DNA from: Callorhinchus milii
Lineage: Eukaryota
DNA: 64,000 nt
Direction of reading: 5' to 3'
Assembly (NCBI RefSeq): GCF_018977255.1
Contig: NW_024704743.1
Span: 21,268,001-21,332,000 of the forward strand
Shown here in pieces: positions 23,798 through 37,035 of the stretch (the stretch's first letter is position 1; every line of letters starts with the position of its first letter). The notes below the pieces were generated by a model. That model searched no databases and had not been told where the DNA came from. It saw only the letters and a list, made by a program, of their open reading frames with translations. The translations under genes and the position numbers were made by a program.

Positions 23798-24011
23798 AGT
23801 AGGAAGTTGGAATTTCAGGCACAAGGTGTCTATTATGAGTTTGGTATTTTGTACCAGTCTTGGCAATACTGGCCTAATTGTACTTGTAAAGCTGGGCAAT
23901 ATTTTACTCTCCTCCAAAGTCATCCCAAAGGTTGGATGCAATTTGGTTATTCATCTCTTTGCTATTTATGGTATCTTTTTGGTACAGATGTTATGCTTCT
24001 TGTAGTAATTG

Positions 24012-24908
24012 GTCAGCCTGGTTCAGTTGGTAGCACTTTCAACAACAACATTACATTTATAGAGTGCCTTTCACGTTGGGAGGACATCCCAAAGTGCGGA
24101 ACAGTCAGGTGTCGCGGCCCGAGCATGGGGGAGGGCTGGTTTAGGGGTGAGGGAAGGCAGAGAGGTGGGAGGGAGACTAAAGGCACGGTCAAAGAGAAGG
24201 GTCTTGAGACCGGCCTTGAAGGAGACAAGGGAGGAAGCGAAGCGAAGGGATCGTGGGATGGAGTTCCAGAGTGTGGGGGCGGAGAGATTGAAAGCCCGGC
24301 CACCGTTGGTAGGGCGGGTCGGTTGGGAGACATGGAGCAGGCCGGAGCCCGCTGAACAGAGGGAGCGGGCAGGTTGGTAGGGAGTCAGCAGGTCAGAGAG
24401 GAAGGAGAAGGCAAGGCCATGTGATGGCCTTAAAAGTGAGGACGAGGATCTTGAACTCGATCCTCTGGGGGATGGGGAGCCAGTGGAGTCGGGCGACGGT
24501 GGGAGTCAGAATTTCACCTCTGAGTCAGAATTCTAGCCCCATGTTAGAACTTTGAACCCACATAGTGTAGGCTGACACTAATGCAGTGCTGGGAATACAG
24601 TGACTTGTTGGAGCGAACATCTTTTAGATGAGATGTTAAACTAATGTCCCTTTGCTTATTCCAGTGGACATTAAAGACCCTGTAGCACTATTCAAAAAAT
24701 AGGAGTTTCTTCTCGTGTCCTGGCTAAAACAGTCTCCTGGATTAAAATCGGACATTCATGGCTGTTTGAGGGACACCGCTGTGTGTGAATTGGCTGCTGT
24801 ATTCGCTTACAAAATACAGTCACTACATTTTGCGGTAAATACTCGGTAGCTCTTTGAGATATCCTCTTGATGTGAAAGATGCAGTAGGAAATGTAAGGAT
24901 TATTATTT
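24012..24908 (+). mobile_element. Deu-domain-like SINE split by the L2 insertion
   Basis: Head gtcagcctggttcagttggtagcactttc (24012-40) resumes as acctctgagtcagaa...gctgacact...gatgagatgttaaac, ending aaggattattat. Confidence 0.7.
24041..24507 (-). mobile_element. L2 LINE 3' fragment inserted in a Deu-like SINE
   Basis: Reverse complement is highly similar to 59277-59690; (AAC)n tail at 24041. Confidence 0.88.
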
Positions 24909-25374
24909 TCTTTGTGTGTAGAGTGTTTTCATTTCCCTGTAATTCTTTCAGTCTCTTTGGGTCATGAACCATTTCCTGGCGGAGGGAACAGGCAAGCGAT
25001 CTGCTTCCTGATCTCTTTCAAGATTAGGAACTTGCTGTGTGAGGAATGCACTCATATTTTGAATTGAACTGGCGTCTGTTTGCTTAGAATTTAAAAGAAA
25101 GTTATTTTATACCAATAATACTGCCAACAGATGGTTTACACTGTGGATGCTCTGCCCTTTTTCAATCTTTGCCCTGCACATTTCGCCAAACCAGCACTTT
25201 GCAGGGTGTGGTGTAGTGACTTCAGTATGGGTCATATTAATTCAAGTCATTCCTCAATTCTTTGTTGTTTCAGATAAATAAAGCTGGCATAACATATTAT
25301 TTTACAGTGGCCTAGACAGCGATTTAGGATTAGGCTTTTCAAAACCTCAAGTTACTCCTATTACTCCAAGAAGA

Positions 25375-25655
25375 CTGCAAAATGTATTGACTGTGTATTT
25401 TGTCGATGAATGAGACAGATAATTTTGGGGCTTGTTGGCCAGGAACGTTGAGAAAGTCCCTTCTGTTTTTGAATAATACCTTGGGATTTTTAACATCCAC
25501 CCGAACTGACAGGTGGGATCTCTGTGTAACGTCTCATCTGAAGGACAGAACCTCCAAAGTAGAAAACTCCTAGCAGTGTATTGGAGTGTCAGCCTAGATA
25601 ATGTGGGATTTTAACTTTCTGATTCAGAGGTGAGAATGTTCCAGCTGAGGCAGGG
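25375..25655 (-). mobile_element. Deu-domain-like SINE, old
   Basis: tttaacatccacccgaactgacaggtgggatctctgtgtaacgtctcatctgaaggacagaacctcc...ggagtgtcagcctaga. Confidence 0.7.
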
Positions 25656-27170
25656 TGAATCACTCAATATCTGCAGTTGAAAGTTGCATGTGATTCATGA
25701 GCTGGAACTCTAAAATTGATCATTGCATTCAGCGCATTGGGGAACATTCAATATGATCGATGTCAAACAGATTGCTAAGCTGGGCACTTATAGTGAGGGC
25801 TGATAGATCGCTATTGTGTTATGAAAGTTGCTGCACTTAGCTTTAAGAGGAATTTCTCAGCCTTCAAGCTGTAAATTATGTTATAAATTATTTTCTTCCT
25901 TCAACCCTCTCCAATGCCTCAGTTTATTTGAATGTAATGTGGCCAAAATTCATCCAGCATTGCAAATGCGGTCGCAGTAATGTATTATACAATATAGACT
26001 AACCAAGTCTGACTTGTAATCAAATTCTCTCAATGCATTGCAGAATTAGATTTATGTTTCTGCTAGTACCTTCACATTGATTACCTGTCTGGAGATTTTT
26101 CTTTGTTCTGGGCCTTAAAATAGTAGGATCCTGCTGGTATACTGTAATCAAAACAGACTTCGTACAACCAGTGGGAAATTATAAAACAGCTCATCAATGA
26201 TGTGCCCTTATGGCCTGTGTCCAGTTACAAAATCTGAGCTTCACTCTTGCATAGAATTAGATAAGAGTCTACTGCAACGAAGCAGGCCATTCAATTAATC
26301 CATGCCACTGTTTATACTCCAAATGAGCCTCCACTCAGCCTAATGCCCCTCCCTTACTCTCCAGCCAACCCCCTCTATTTCAAACTCTTATATTAGTACA
26401 ATAATTTGCTTACCCTGACTCCCCCATCCGCTGCCTCCGTTTGGCTGGCTCTCTCAATCCCTCTGCCTTGCCCCTTCCCTCCCCACTTTCAAATCCTGCC
26501 TAAACACCTTCTTTTGGATTGTGCTTACAGTCACCTCCCCACTCCCTCTCCCCCGGCTCATTATCAGACTCTGCCACTTTGAAGCTCTCCAGGATGCTAC
26601 CTGTGTGAAGGGTGCTGTATAAATTCAAGCGGTTGTTGTTGTTTGTTGTAATAATCCTTAAATTTGATTTAGTGCCTTTTACATTGGGAGGGCATCTCAA
26701 AAGCGCTTCACACAATATAGGGTAAAGTGAAGCAACTGTGTATGTCATAGGCATATTGCATTGAGAGACCTCCGGAGAAGCAATGGATCATGAGACGGTA
26801 TAAACACAATGTACAAGCCAGTGTCAATCCAGCACTCCCCTGTGACCCTGACAGTTGGATCATAACCAAAGTAGGATATGTGCGTGCTATGCAAGAGGAT
26901 ATTGATTATCAGTTGGGAGGACAGTGTGACCGAGACAAAGTAATGAGAAACAGTGCCTACGTGCAGCAACACAGCACATCACAACAAAAAGATTGCAATA
27001 CACATTTCATGTGTGCCAGATATCTGAAAAGAGCACTAGCATTAGAAGATAATAGAATGGGTCCCAGTTAGGATAATATCATATGAAATGTGTTGGAGAA
27101 AGATGTCAGCCTAGCTCAGTTGGTAGCACTCTTGTCTCTGTGGGTGGGTTGAAGACCCACACTGGGACTT

Positions 27171-27502
27171 ATAATAATAATAGTAATATAATAATAATCC
27201 TTGCATTTGATATAGCGCTTTTCACGTCAGGAGGACGTCCCAAAGCGCTTCACAGAACACACTGTAAAGTGAATTGACTGTATATTTGTGGGCGAACGCG
27301 GCAGCCAATTGCGCACAGCAATGTCCCACAAACAGTCGTAGATTGAAAATGACCAATTTATTATTGTTTTTGGTTTTTGGAGGGATTATTATTAGGCGTG
27401 TGGAGTAAGGAAACTTGCCCAAGGTTTCGCCCTGCCTGGAATTGAACTCAGGTCTCTCGCTTGCAAAGCGAGTGCTCTAACCACTGAGCCACAGGACTCC
27501 AC
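27171..27502 (-). mobile_element. tRNA-derived SINE, full length, nested in a Deu-like SINE
   Basis: Young copy flanked by ggactt at 27165-70 and 27504-09; host head at 27104-27170 continues at 27504. Confidence 0.92.
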
Positions 27503-27999
27503 AGGACTTTGAGCTCATGGTCAAAGGTGACACTCTGATGCAGTGCTGTCGGTCCAACCTGTCAGATATCAAACCTCTGGATAAAATTGTGGTATGTTAC
27601 GTTATGTAAAACTGAGGCGCCATGTTCTGATTCAAAAAGAATGGCATGTTGACCAACAAACCTCTAGATAAAATTGCTTAACCATTTCATGGCTGTTTGT
27701 GGAACATTGCTGTGCTCAAATTGGCTACCATGTTCACCTACAATATCCAGTCAATACACTTTTCCAGAAAAACTCTGAAGCATTTGGAGACCTTCCAATG
27801 TTATAGGTGCAGTAACAAATGCAAAGATTATTATGATAAGGGGAATGTGAATTTAAGAGTAATAACACAGACTTCTTCAAAGGGTCAGTGGGTGTTAAGA
27901 ATGTGGAACTCACTGCTGGAATCTGTGCTTGAAGCAGAAAGCATCAAAATATTTAAAAGGAAACTTGGATGTGTATATGAGGGAGAATATCATAGGTTA

Positions 28000-28326
28000 G
28001 GAGTCCTGTAGCTCATGTGGAGTCCTGTAGCTCAGTGGTTAGAGCACTCGCCTCGCATGAGAGAGACCTGGGTTCGATTCCTGGCAGGGCAAAACTTTGG
28101 GTAAGTTTCCTTAGTCCACATGCCTGATAATAATCTCTCAAGAAAAAAAACAATAATAAATTGGTCACTCAATCCACGACTGTTTGTGGGACACTGCTGT
28201 GCCAATTGACCGCTGTGTTTCACCCACAAATATACAGTAAATTCACTTTACATTATATTCTGTGAAGTGCTTTGAGATGTCTAGAAGACATGAAAAGTGC
28301 TTTATCAAATGCAAGGAGTATTATTA
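28000..28326 (+). mobile_element. tRNA-derived SINE with duplicated 5' end, nested in a CR1 3' fragment (about 27880-28420)
   Basis: ggagtcctgtagctca-t-gtggagtcctgtagctcagtgg; intact B box GGTTCGATTCC; CR1 motif MWNSLLESVLEAESIKIFKRKL upstream. Confidence 0.9.
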
Positions 28327-31230
28327 AAGGAGAATAGAGGTGGAGGCTTGGTGAAGAGTCTTTGGAATGGAATAGTTGGGCCGAAAGACCTGTTTCTGAG
28401 CTGTACCATTCCATGTAATTTTATATAACTGATTGATTATGATAACTATCACTGTTTGATATGTCGACTAGTCATTATGATGCAATTTAATTGTAATAAT
28501 TATTACATTGAAATGGTTGGGAAGTGCTGCAAATTTGTCTGGATTTCAAAAGCTCAACATGTTTCTCCACTTCACAATATGCTGTTGTCAGATATGTACA
28601 TGTATGAGTGAGTGGACATCATTTGCTGCAAGGCATCTGGAGAATAAATGTTAGGGTCCACCCTCAAGTGGGGTCCCACTGTATTTCACCAGCTATTTAA
28701 AAAAGATGTTGAAGGGAAGAGCTGATAAAGATCACCGAGTTAAAGCATCATTTTTGCTGGGAGCCACTGTTTTCTTTTAATTACAGGGAATTTAGTGGTG
28801 ATTGTTATTTTGTAAAACTTGCACTTGTGTCATCTCTGTATCTACAGATCAAATTAAATATCTAGTGTTGAGGGTTTCAGTGGGTGTTAGGAGGCATCAT
28901 TACAGTTTTACTTTGACCTTTTTGTCACTGTAATTTTGCAGAACTGTTGTGTCTGTTCCCCCGCAGTCCACCTATGGCAAGTTTCAAAGTAGCATCTGCC
29001 TTTGATTTCCTAACAGAAGGGGGTTTATTAGTGTTTTTCATATTGCGTGAATTGTATCTATTTCATAGTATTAAGTTTTGACTTCAACTTTACTGCAGAC
29101 AGAGATGCATGTACTGACTGGCAGGAGGTTGAGAGCGATCTTCTAATTCAGCATGAATGATGTAGAAGGAATGTGCAATGCAAGCCTATAATCAGATATC
29201 CACTGCACTTTTTTTTGCATAATCCTTATTTAAGGTTGAACACACCTTTGAAGAGAGTCATTTGCTCTGGTTGCAATAGTCTTGAAAGGCAGGAGGAATG
29301 ACAGTCTCTGAAGTTGCTGTGAACTATTTCATAATGGACACTGAAGGTTTCATCGGTTTCCTAGATGATTACTAATATTATTGTCTGTTCTGACAAACGG
29401 GGTGAGTTAAATGTTGCTAAATGTAACGGGATTGCTTTACTGTAGCTTTTAACTGAAAGCTCTTATATGAACTGTGATTAATTACTGTACGTAGCTATAG
29501 ATAGGTAAGAGGCAGTTACAAAGTAGTGATGAAATTAACGATTGAATTAACATCCTCAGTAGCGAAACCAAAATCCAACTTCATCTGAACCGTGGGATTA
29601 TGTCATTGTTTATTTAGTTCTCTTTGATCCTGTCTATTACTTTTTTCCCAAAGTACAGAGCAGGAACTTCCTTCTTATGCCATTGTGATAATAAATAAAA
29701 TAAGTATAAATATTATTCTTTGCATTTGATATCGCGCCTTATGAATCTTCGAGACGTCTCAAAGAGCTTCACAGAACATACTGGAAAGCAAATCGACTAT
29801 ATTTTGTGGGCGAAATGTCCACTTGTGTTTGATGTAGCTCCTTATCACATCGCCGAGACATCTGAACAACAACTGACGTTTATACTGAACAACAACTGAC
29901 GCCCTTCACACCTGGTAGTGTCTTGGAGCGCTTCACAGGATTTTACTATAAAATGTAGTGATTGTATTTGTAGGCAGATATGAGTGTTTAGACTGTGACT
30001 GGCTTGTATCCTGTTTACGGTGATGTACAATGTTTCAGTAATTTCATAACAAGTCACTGTGGGTCTCTTTTTGAAATGATTGGTATCATTTGGTGAGTCA
30101 CGGCAGTCTTAGAAACTGTATGAGAAGCACCTAGGGAAAACCACAGCAGAAGCTCCTGGGGAAAACTATGATGGATCCTAAAAAGGCAGCAGTAACATTA
30201 GGAAGGAAAGTCATGATTTGGGCACTCAGTAGAAAATACATTCAGTGATCTTGCACTGTTATCAGCTTCCCTTTAAAAATATTTTGTTTTACAGTGGTTA
30301 TTTGGTGCACATTGTTGCTTCCAGTTCAGAACTAGTTTATACACATTGCACCACTTTTGTTAACTGGTATTATGTATGGTATGAGTTTGACAGGCGATAA
30401 GAATGGGTGCCCTGGCAGTTTGTGAGATCGACTGTTTCGCAAACAATATTAATTACTATGCGAGGAGTGCGCTTGTGCGTTTCCATTCAAAGTGTTGGAG
30501 TCCTACCCACACTCTTAGCTTTGGGATCCTGTTGCTTTGCGAGTGATGGTGTCAACGAGTGCAGTTCACAAACACAGTGACATAAGAAAATCCCCATTTA
30601 TTGATCACGTGACTTGCAGAAGTTTTTTTATTGCACTCCTGTTTAACTCTATAAACAATATCGCATAAAAATAAACAAAGTGGTTCTTTGCTAGTATTTA
30701 TTTACTCACTGTGAACATTCACTGCACGTCAAATACTGCCTTGGTGTGTCAAATCGTCCACACAATCCTATGTCCTGGTTTCAATTGACCACCTGACCTC
30801 ATGGATGGAGAAACTAATTGAATAGAATTGCTGCATCCACTGGCACAGGGAAGTCAGTAATTTATAATAAAGTGCATATCCTGATATGGCTTTTTTTTGT
30901 GGGAATAATAAAGATGTAATGATCCTCGCAGTTGATAATGTGTTGTATCATGTTGTTAAGAGATCTCAAAGTGCTTCATAGGATTTTACTCTAAAATGTA
31001 ATGACTGTGTATTTCTATGCACATGAGGTGTGTCTGCATTGATGAAAATCACCAAAAGAAAACAATCCTATAAATAATAAAAATAATCCTTACATTTGAT
31101 ATATAGCCTTTCACACAGGAGGAAGCCTTACAGCAGTTCACAGGATATACTGTAAGGTGCAATGACTGTATTTTGTAGGGTTGGCATTCTGTATGTCCAC
31201 CTCCATAATAATTGACATCTTTGATTCCAG

Positions 31231-31327
31231 GAGCATTCAGGACAGAGCCCTTCTAAAGGTTTACCACAAGGATCCTGCGCACATATCCTTCAGCCATTCC
31301 TCGAGGGCTGTGAATGGAGACTTAAGG
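31231..31327 (+). CDS. KIAA1217: KIAA1217 internal coding exon (97 nt, phase 2 to 0)
   Basis: Encodes (R)SIQDRALLKVYHKDPAHISFSHSSRAVNGDLR, compared with SKT NIQDRSLLKVYNKDPAH...NGDMR. Acceptor tctttgattccag, donor AGG|gtgagt. Confidence 0.95.
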
Positions 31328-34300
31328 GTGAGTACAACATCTGCTGTTACAAGCCAATGTTCATTGGTGCATCTGTGTATCGTGGCTCTCCTTTTACAAA
31401 GTAACTGTAGCCTGGCTCATTTACTTTAATAACGTTTGCGGGATATGTTGGCTGACAAGGCATGTCTCCAAATACAAGTTTATGTGTAAATTAACAAAGA
31501 AACCAAACACAAGCACCTTTCGGCTTTGATATTTCTCCACCCGGCAGATAAATAAAACAACATGAACAGCATATGGCTCCACTTATGTGATAATGACAGC
31601 AGGTCTTTTGAAAGTGACCTGGATTGTGTAACTTCCCACATTAACTAGTGCAGTTATTCCACAGAGAGGAGTTTTTTAACAAAATGTTTTCCTCTCTGCT
31701 TTCATAATGCTGAATATGATCCTGTTTTGAAGGCTGCCCTAATCCTCCCACACACAGCCTTCAAATACTCCACACAAATTATATGCTTTGCTGTCTCAAG
31801 ACACCTGTTTAACTGCTGAACATGCACGAAGGACAGGGGTATGCTTGACTCTGTGCCCAGGCAACAAGGATTAAGTACAGCTTCTTGAGTGAAAGTGGCA
31901 AAGTTTTGTTTTGAAGATTATCTGAGTTTTACCCCTCTGGGTGGGCAACAGCATTAAGGTATAGGGGAGAGAATTGGAAAGTGGGATTTAGACAAACAGG
32001 TAACATTGACATGAACACAATGGGCCAAACGACCCTCTTCTGTGCACACAATTTCTGCTTTTCTATTTCACTGAGCTGACTTTGAAAATTGTCATGTTTC
32101 TTCTAAGGGAAAAATTCCTGCTTTAGACAATAACTCTGTGCGGACTGTAAGTGCTTTGACTCACTGCTTTGGTTCTGATGTAGTGGAATGATGGCTACCA
32201 GACTTTGTAGCATTTAGCTAGAATGCTAACGTATGTGGATTACGTTTTACTCGGTCCTTCTAAAGTATGTACTTGGTTTTTTTTATTCAACCTCAGATAG
32301 AATTGAGTTCTGCAATTTTTATCAAAATAAGACAAATTGTGTGTTTTGCTTTAAAGCTTAGCCAGACTAAATGGGTTGAAATTTTTTATTAAGTTTAATA
32401 AAGGTCATTTAAAATTCCTTTGTGAAAGGCCCCTTGTAATAATGCACTGGCACTTTGTTTCTGAGACACAGGTTTAATTTCCATTGGATTTGAAAGTGAT
32501 TACCTCAATGTGTACTGAGCTCCCAAGTGGATAGTCTGGTCGGTGAGCTCTCTGCTACATTGCATGCACCGAGACTTCTTGCCAGATACAAACATGTGGA
32601 GCAATCACAGCTCACGCTCTTTTTTCATACGCTCAGCAATGGATTTTAGGTGTGGCCTTGTAGCTACTTCCAGACCTTAAACATATCATTTCATCCTGCC
32701 CAGTGTTTGTTCCTCACGTCTGATAAGCAGCAGAGACAGACGTTCTTTTGCACTCTGGCTTAAGTGATTTTTCTACCGCTGTTTTAAGCTGAGAGAAGTA
32801 TTTCTTCTGAGGGAAAACTCCCAAAGTTATTGTTGGAACCTGCTTCTTTGCAGACGGTTTTGCAAGAACAAATGGTTTCTTTTTTTTACAATCTGCAATC
32901 GATTCAAGATGACCATTTAAAGTGAAGGAGACTTGAGTCAGTAGAATAAAGGTACGTGTACTTACGCAGTCAAATCAGCAATTGTCTTACAGGGGAAAAC
33001 AAAAGCTGTCTTTGTAGTATTGAGGAGGGCAAGGTTAAAATAAATGCTTTCAAATTCAAGTACATGCTCTGCTGCCTCAGACATAGGGATGAGTTGTGGA
33101 AATGCCTTTGTGTGAAATATTTGTGACCTGTGGATAAGTGAAGGGCACTTTGATCCGAGCTAACTTTGCACCTTGCCAAGATAGTGTCAAATGCTTGGCT
33201 GAATTTGTAATAAAGCCTTACCTTGTGTTTTAGGGAGTTGTTGTGGAGTTATTAACTGGAGAACACCTTAAATTACAACGCATTGAGCGATGACTGTGGT
33301 TTTTGGCTGCAATTTTTATACTGTTGTGGATGCTTGATTTAGTTTTGTAGCCTATATAAAACAGGTATTTCAAATATATTATTGAGCTTGTCAGTGCAGC
33401 ATCAGCCCCGATCAATGTCAATGGTAGAAATGTTTTGTGGGTATTGTTACAATGTGTGCTGATGATCTGCATCTTCATTCAGTTGTGTTCTGCTCCAGCC
33501 CAAGAGGTGAACTTTCTGTTATTAGCCTAGAGACACATTTCTTCTTTGGGGAAAAACTTTCAAAAGTATTGTTGGAACCTGCTTCTTTGTAGACTGTTTT
33601 GCAAGAACCGATGTTTCCACATATTTTTAACATCTGCAGAAACCCCCTCTGGTAGGTAAACTCGAGACTGCTGCGAGTCCCCCATCTTTTCCTTTCCGCC
33701 ATCAGTGGCTGAGCCTTCATCATCTATACCCCTGCACTTTAGGATTCTCATCGTCTGCCCCTCCACCTCATCCCCACTTTCTCTGTCTTTAAACGCTGCC
33801 TAAAACCTACCTTGTTTGCGGTCACCTCCCCTAACACCATCGACCCTGTGCTCTGAGACGTATCCTACCTCCGTGAATGGTAAATGCAAATTGTTGCTCT
33901 GCTGCTGCACTTAAGATCTGCTGATTTCACAATCTGTTTGCTTCTTGCGCCAAGACCACCTTTGGAGATAAGTGAGAATAAACAACATGTGTGCCGACTT
34001 TGTGAGTCAGACCTCCCCTTCGCTCCCCAATTGCCTTTCATCCATGACGTTCACTCATGTGCGTAACATTAGAAATAAATTTTTGCCACCTCGGCCACCC
34101 AAATAAGAAAGAGGCCGGGAGCAAAGTCGCTTGACATCCCAGGTTCATCTCCCAGGCCCCTGTTATCTCTATTTGCGCAGTGGAGAAGCCAGCACTAAAT
34201 GTCCAATGATGCTTCACGAATGCATGAATGTCTGACGGTCCGAGACGCTACCCCACATGAAGGGCGCCATATAAATGCAAGTTGTTGTTTGTTGTTGTTG

Positions 34301-35640
34301 ATGGCATCGGATCATTTACACAAGGATGGCAGCGTGTTACACGCATCATTTGCTCCCAGTGCTCTTCAGCAGACAATGTAAATTCCTGGAAGCTTGGAAT
34401 TCCTCCAGTTTGGCACCACATTTAAAGCCACCTTAACCACAGTGGAACAGCAGCATAATACAAGAGGAGAAAGTGACACCACTGTGAGACCTGCAGAATG
34501 GGAGCACTGTTGTGAACTGTTTAGCTCTTTGTTTTTTCAGGTTCTTTTGGTGGGAAGGGGAGGGCCGGAGGGAAGCTGAACCTCGTAGGTGTTTTAAGGT
34601 TTTATGAGTTCAGCAGGACTTCAGCGGCAAGCTAGTTGAGTTTTATTCAGTCCGTTTCTCCATTACACCTTGTGAGATTTTACACATTCAGATACACAAG
34701 ACACAACCACCCAAAGTGGAACAATACGTGACGATTGAAGTCAGGACCTTAAAAACACTCCAGTGAATCAACACTTTGCCACCAGTGTTGCTGCTGTGCG
34801 GGATAAATTAACATTTTTGCAGCCAGTTCCTTTTGACCTGCTAACGTCTCTGCGGTAAGACAAGCCCTTGTAGTAAAAGTCAAATTTTCATATCTCTTTA
34901 AGTTTTTGTTACAAGATATTCGATTCAAATCTCTCAGCTGACCAAATAGTTTTGTAATGAATCTGCTATAAAGCAAAATGGCTTAAGTAACTGAGACGCA
35001 CATGCTGTATTTTGAAAGCCTCAGAGAAGCTAAAATGGGATTTGAGACTGGAAAACATACTGTGCGAAAGGCAGTTTTTCATACACAGTCGGTTCGCTTT
35101 TGTTGGCAGATAAAGCCTCAAGCCAGTTATTGAGTAAGTTGAATGATGTTTTGTAATTGAGGAATGACTTTCTTCTTAATGCAGTGGGAACAAAGGGAAC
35201 ACCTGACTAAACATGCTCATGTGTGCCAAGAAAACACATCCAGAACCTGAGCAAACAACAGGATGAAGTTGCAGTGCTTATGGTTCTTTCAAACTCCCAA
35301 TGTGTCCTTCTTTCTTAAAGGTGGTTATCTCGGTGAAAAAATGCATGGCTTACAAGCTCTACCCAGATCTTTTCCAAAATGGTGAGCACCAGAAAAAATG
35401 TCTCCTGACACAAGCTCCACTTTCAGTAATGACACTCCCCTTTAAGTCACTCCTGATTCCAAAACTTTGGCTGCAACATAAGGTCTCTTTGGGTCTGACA
35501 TCCAGCTTGTGCAAGTGATGTACAGGGGCTTGTGGGGGGGTGTGGCGGGTGTTTGTCTGTGGTCTGTGGTTTGGGGGGTGGGAGGGGATTATAAAAGTAT
35601 CATTTGTTGAAGGTACTTTTCCAGTGATGAGTCATTCATT

Positions 35641-35957
35641 GTGGAGTCCTGCAGCTCAGTGGTTAGAGCACTCGCCTTGCAAGCGAGACACCTGGGTTCA
35701 ATTCCAGGCAGAGCGAAACCTTGGGCAAGTTTCCTTACTCCACACGCCTAATAATAATCCCTCCAAAACAAAACAATAATAAGTTGGTCATTTTCAATCC
35801 ATGACTGTTTGTGGGACACTGCTGTGCGCAATTGGCTGCCGAGTTTCGCCCACAAATATCCAGTCAATTCATTTTACAGCATATTCTGTGAAGCGCTTTG
35901 AGATGTCTAGAAGACATGAAAAGCGCTATATCAAATGCAAGGATTATTATTATTATT
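35641..35957 (+). mobile_element. tRNA-derived SINE, full length, short variant
   Basis: A box, B box GGTTCAATTCC, (ATT)n tail. Confidence 0.92.
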
Positions 35958-37021
35958 AATAATGTTAGCGATATGAACCTCAGTGATTTTTAAACCCCAC
36001 TGTCCTGATTACATTTCTCACGTTAACTTCTGACTGCTTCGCAAACCACGCAAAAGAAGTTATTCTGCGAAAGTTCACTCTTCAGTGAAGGCAGTATTTC
36101 TTTTAATGTAAGTCTTAAATATCGAGTGACAGGATGACCCTGTTGTAAGGTGGTAAGTCAGGGTCGGGCTGCTAGGCCCATCTCTGCACGGTGACGACAC
36201 CAATCGCATAATCAGTGGCGTCAATGGGCGTGCGTGCAGAAGGCCAGTCACGAGGACACACTTGAAGACCTTCCTCTTCGACCGTGCCTATGGTCACCTC
36301 CCCTCTCTATCATCAAGCTCCGCCACTGTTAAGTGTGCAGAGATGCTAACCCTTGTGAAGGCTGCTATATAAATGCAAGTTGTTGGTGTTGCTACTTCAG
36401 AACGCATCGCTCTTCAATGTTACGCTGATGCATTTTTAAGAGCGACAACAGGATCTCATGCGCTTTGGGAAGCCCTCCCAACGAGAAAGGCGCTCTACCA
36501 AATGTAAGGATTATTACTATTAATCACCTAATGTTAATAGCAACAGTATTGCTGGCATTTTACAGCCATTCCTGCTCACTTTTTTTTAACCTTTTTTAAA
36601 AGCCTAGTGACTTTACCTCCTAGCCATTGATCTGCTGCAATATTTTGTTCAAAAATATTCAAAAATAAAAAAAAAAGGAGCAGACTTGTCAGTGCCTTGT
36701 GCAGTGAACCACAATTTCTTTGGTTCATTCCCTATAATACTCTGTCAAACATAGGAAGATTACATTGATCGTTATGGCCCTGATCTTGCTGTGGTTTATT
36801 GGAGTATTCATGTTCCAAGTTTTTATGTTTAACTGGTGAAACAGTTTCTTTAAAACATTAGAGTAACTTTCGGTGCAATAACAGGATGCAAAATCTTTTT
36901 TTAAAAAAACTCCCCAAAAGTTACAAATTCAGGTTAAAGATTTTCCCGTCTTTGAAGAACATTATTGAATAGTTTTCTGTGTTAGTGGATACAAGGACAG
37001 CAGAACTGGATGTGTTTACTG

Positions 37022-37035
37022 GTTTCCATGGAAAC
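37022..37035. promoter_or_regulatory. Perfect palindromic RFX X-box-like motif
   Basis: GTTTCCATGGAAAC in repeat-free intronic DNA. Confidence 0.4.

Noticed and set aside
23807..24355. 182-aa ORF
   Set aside because: Mostly an antisense read-through of an L2 fragment.
34527..34590. Strong acceptor ctttgttttttcag at 34540 as a coding exon
   Set aside because: In-frame TGA in the required phase 0 and only weak donors; cannot be supported as coding.
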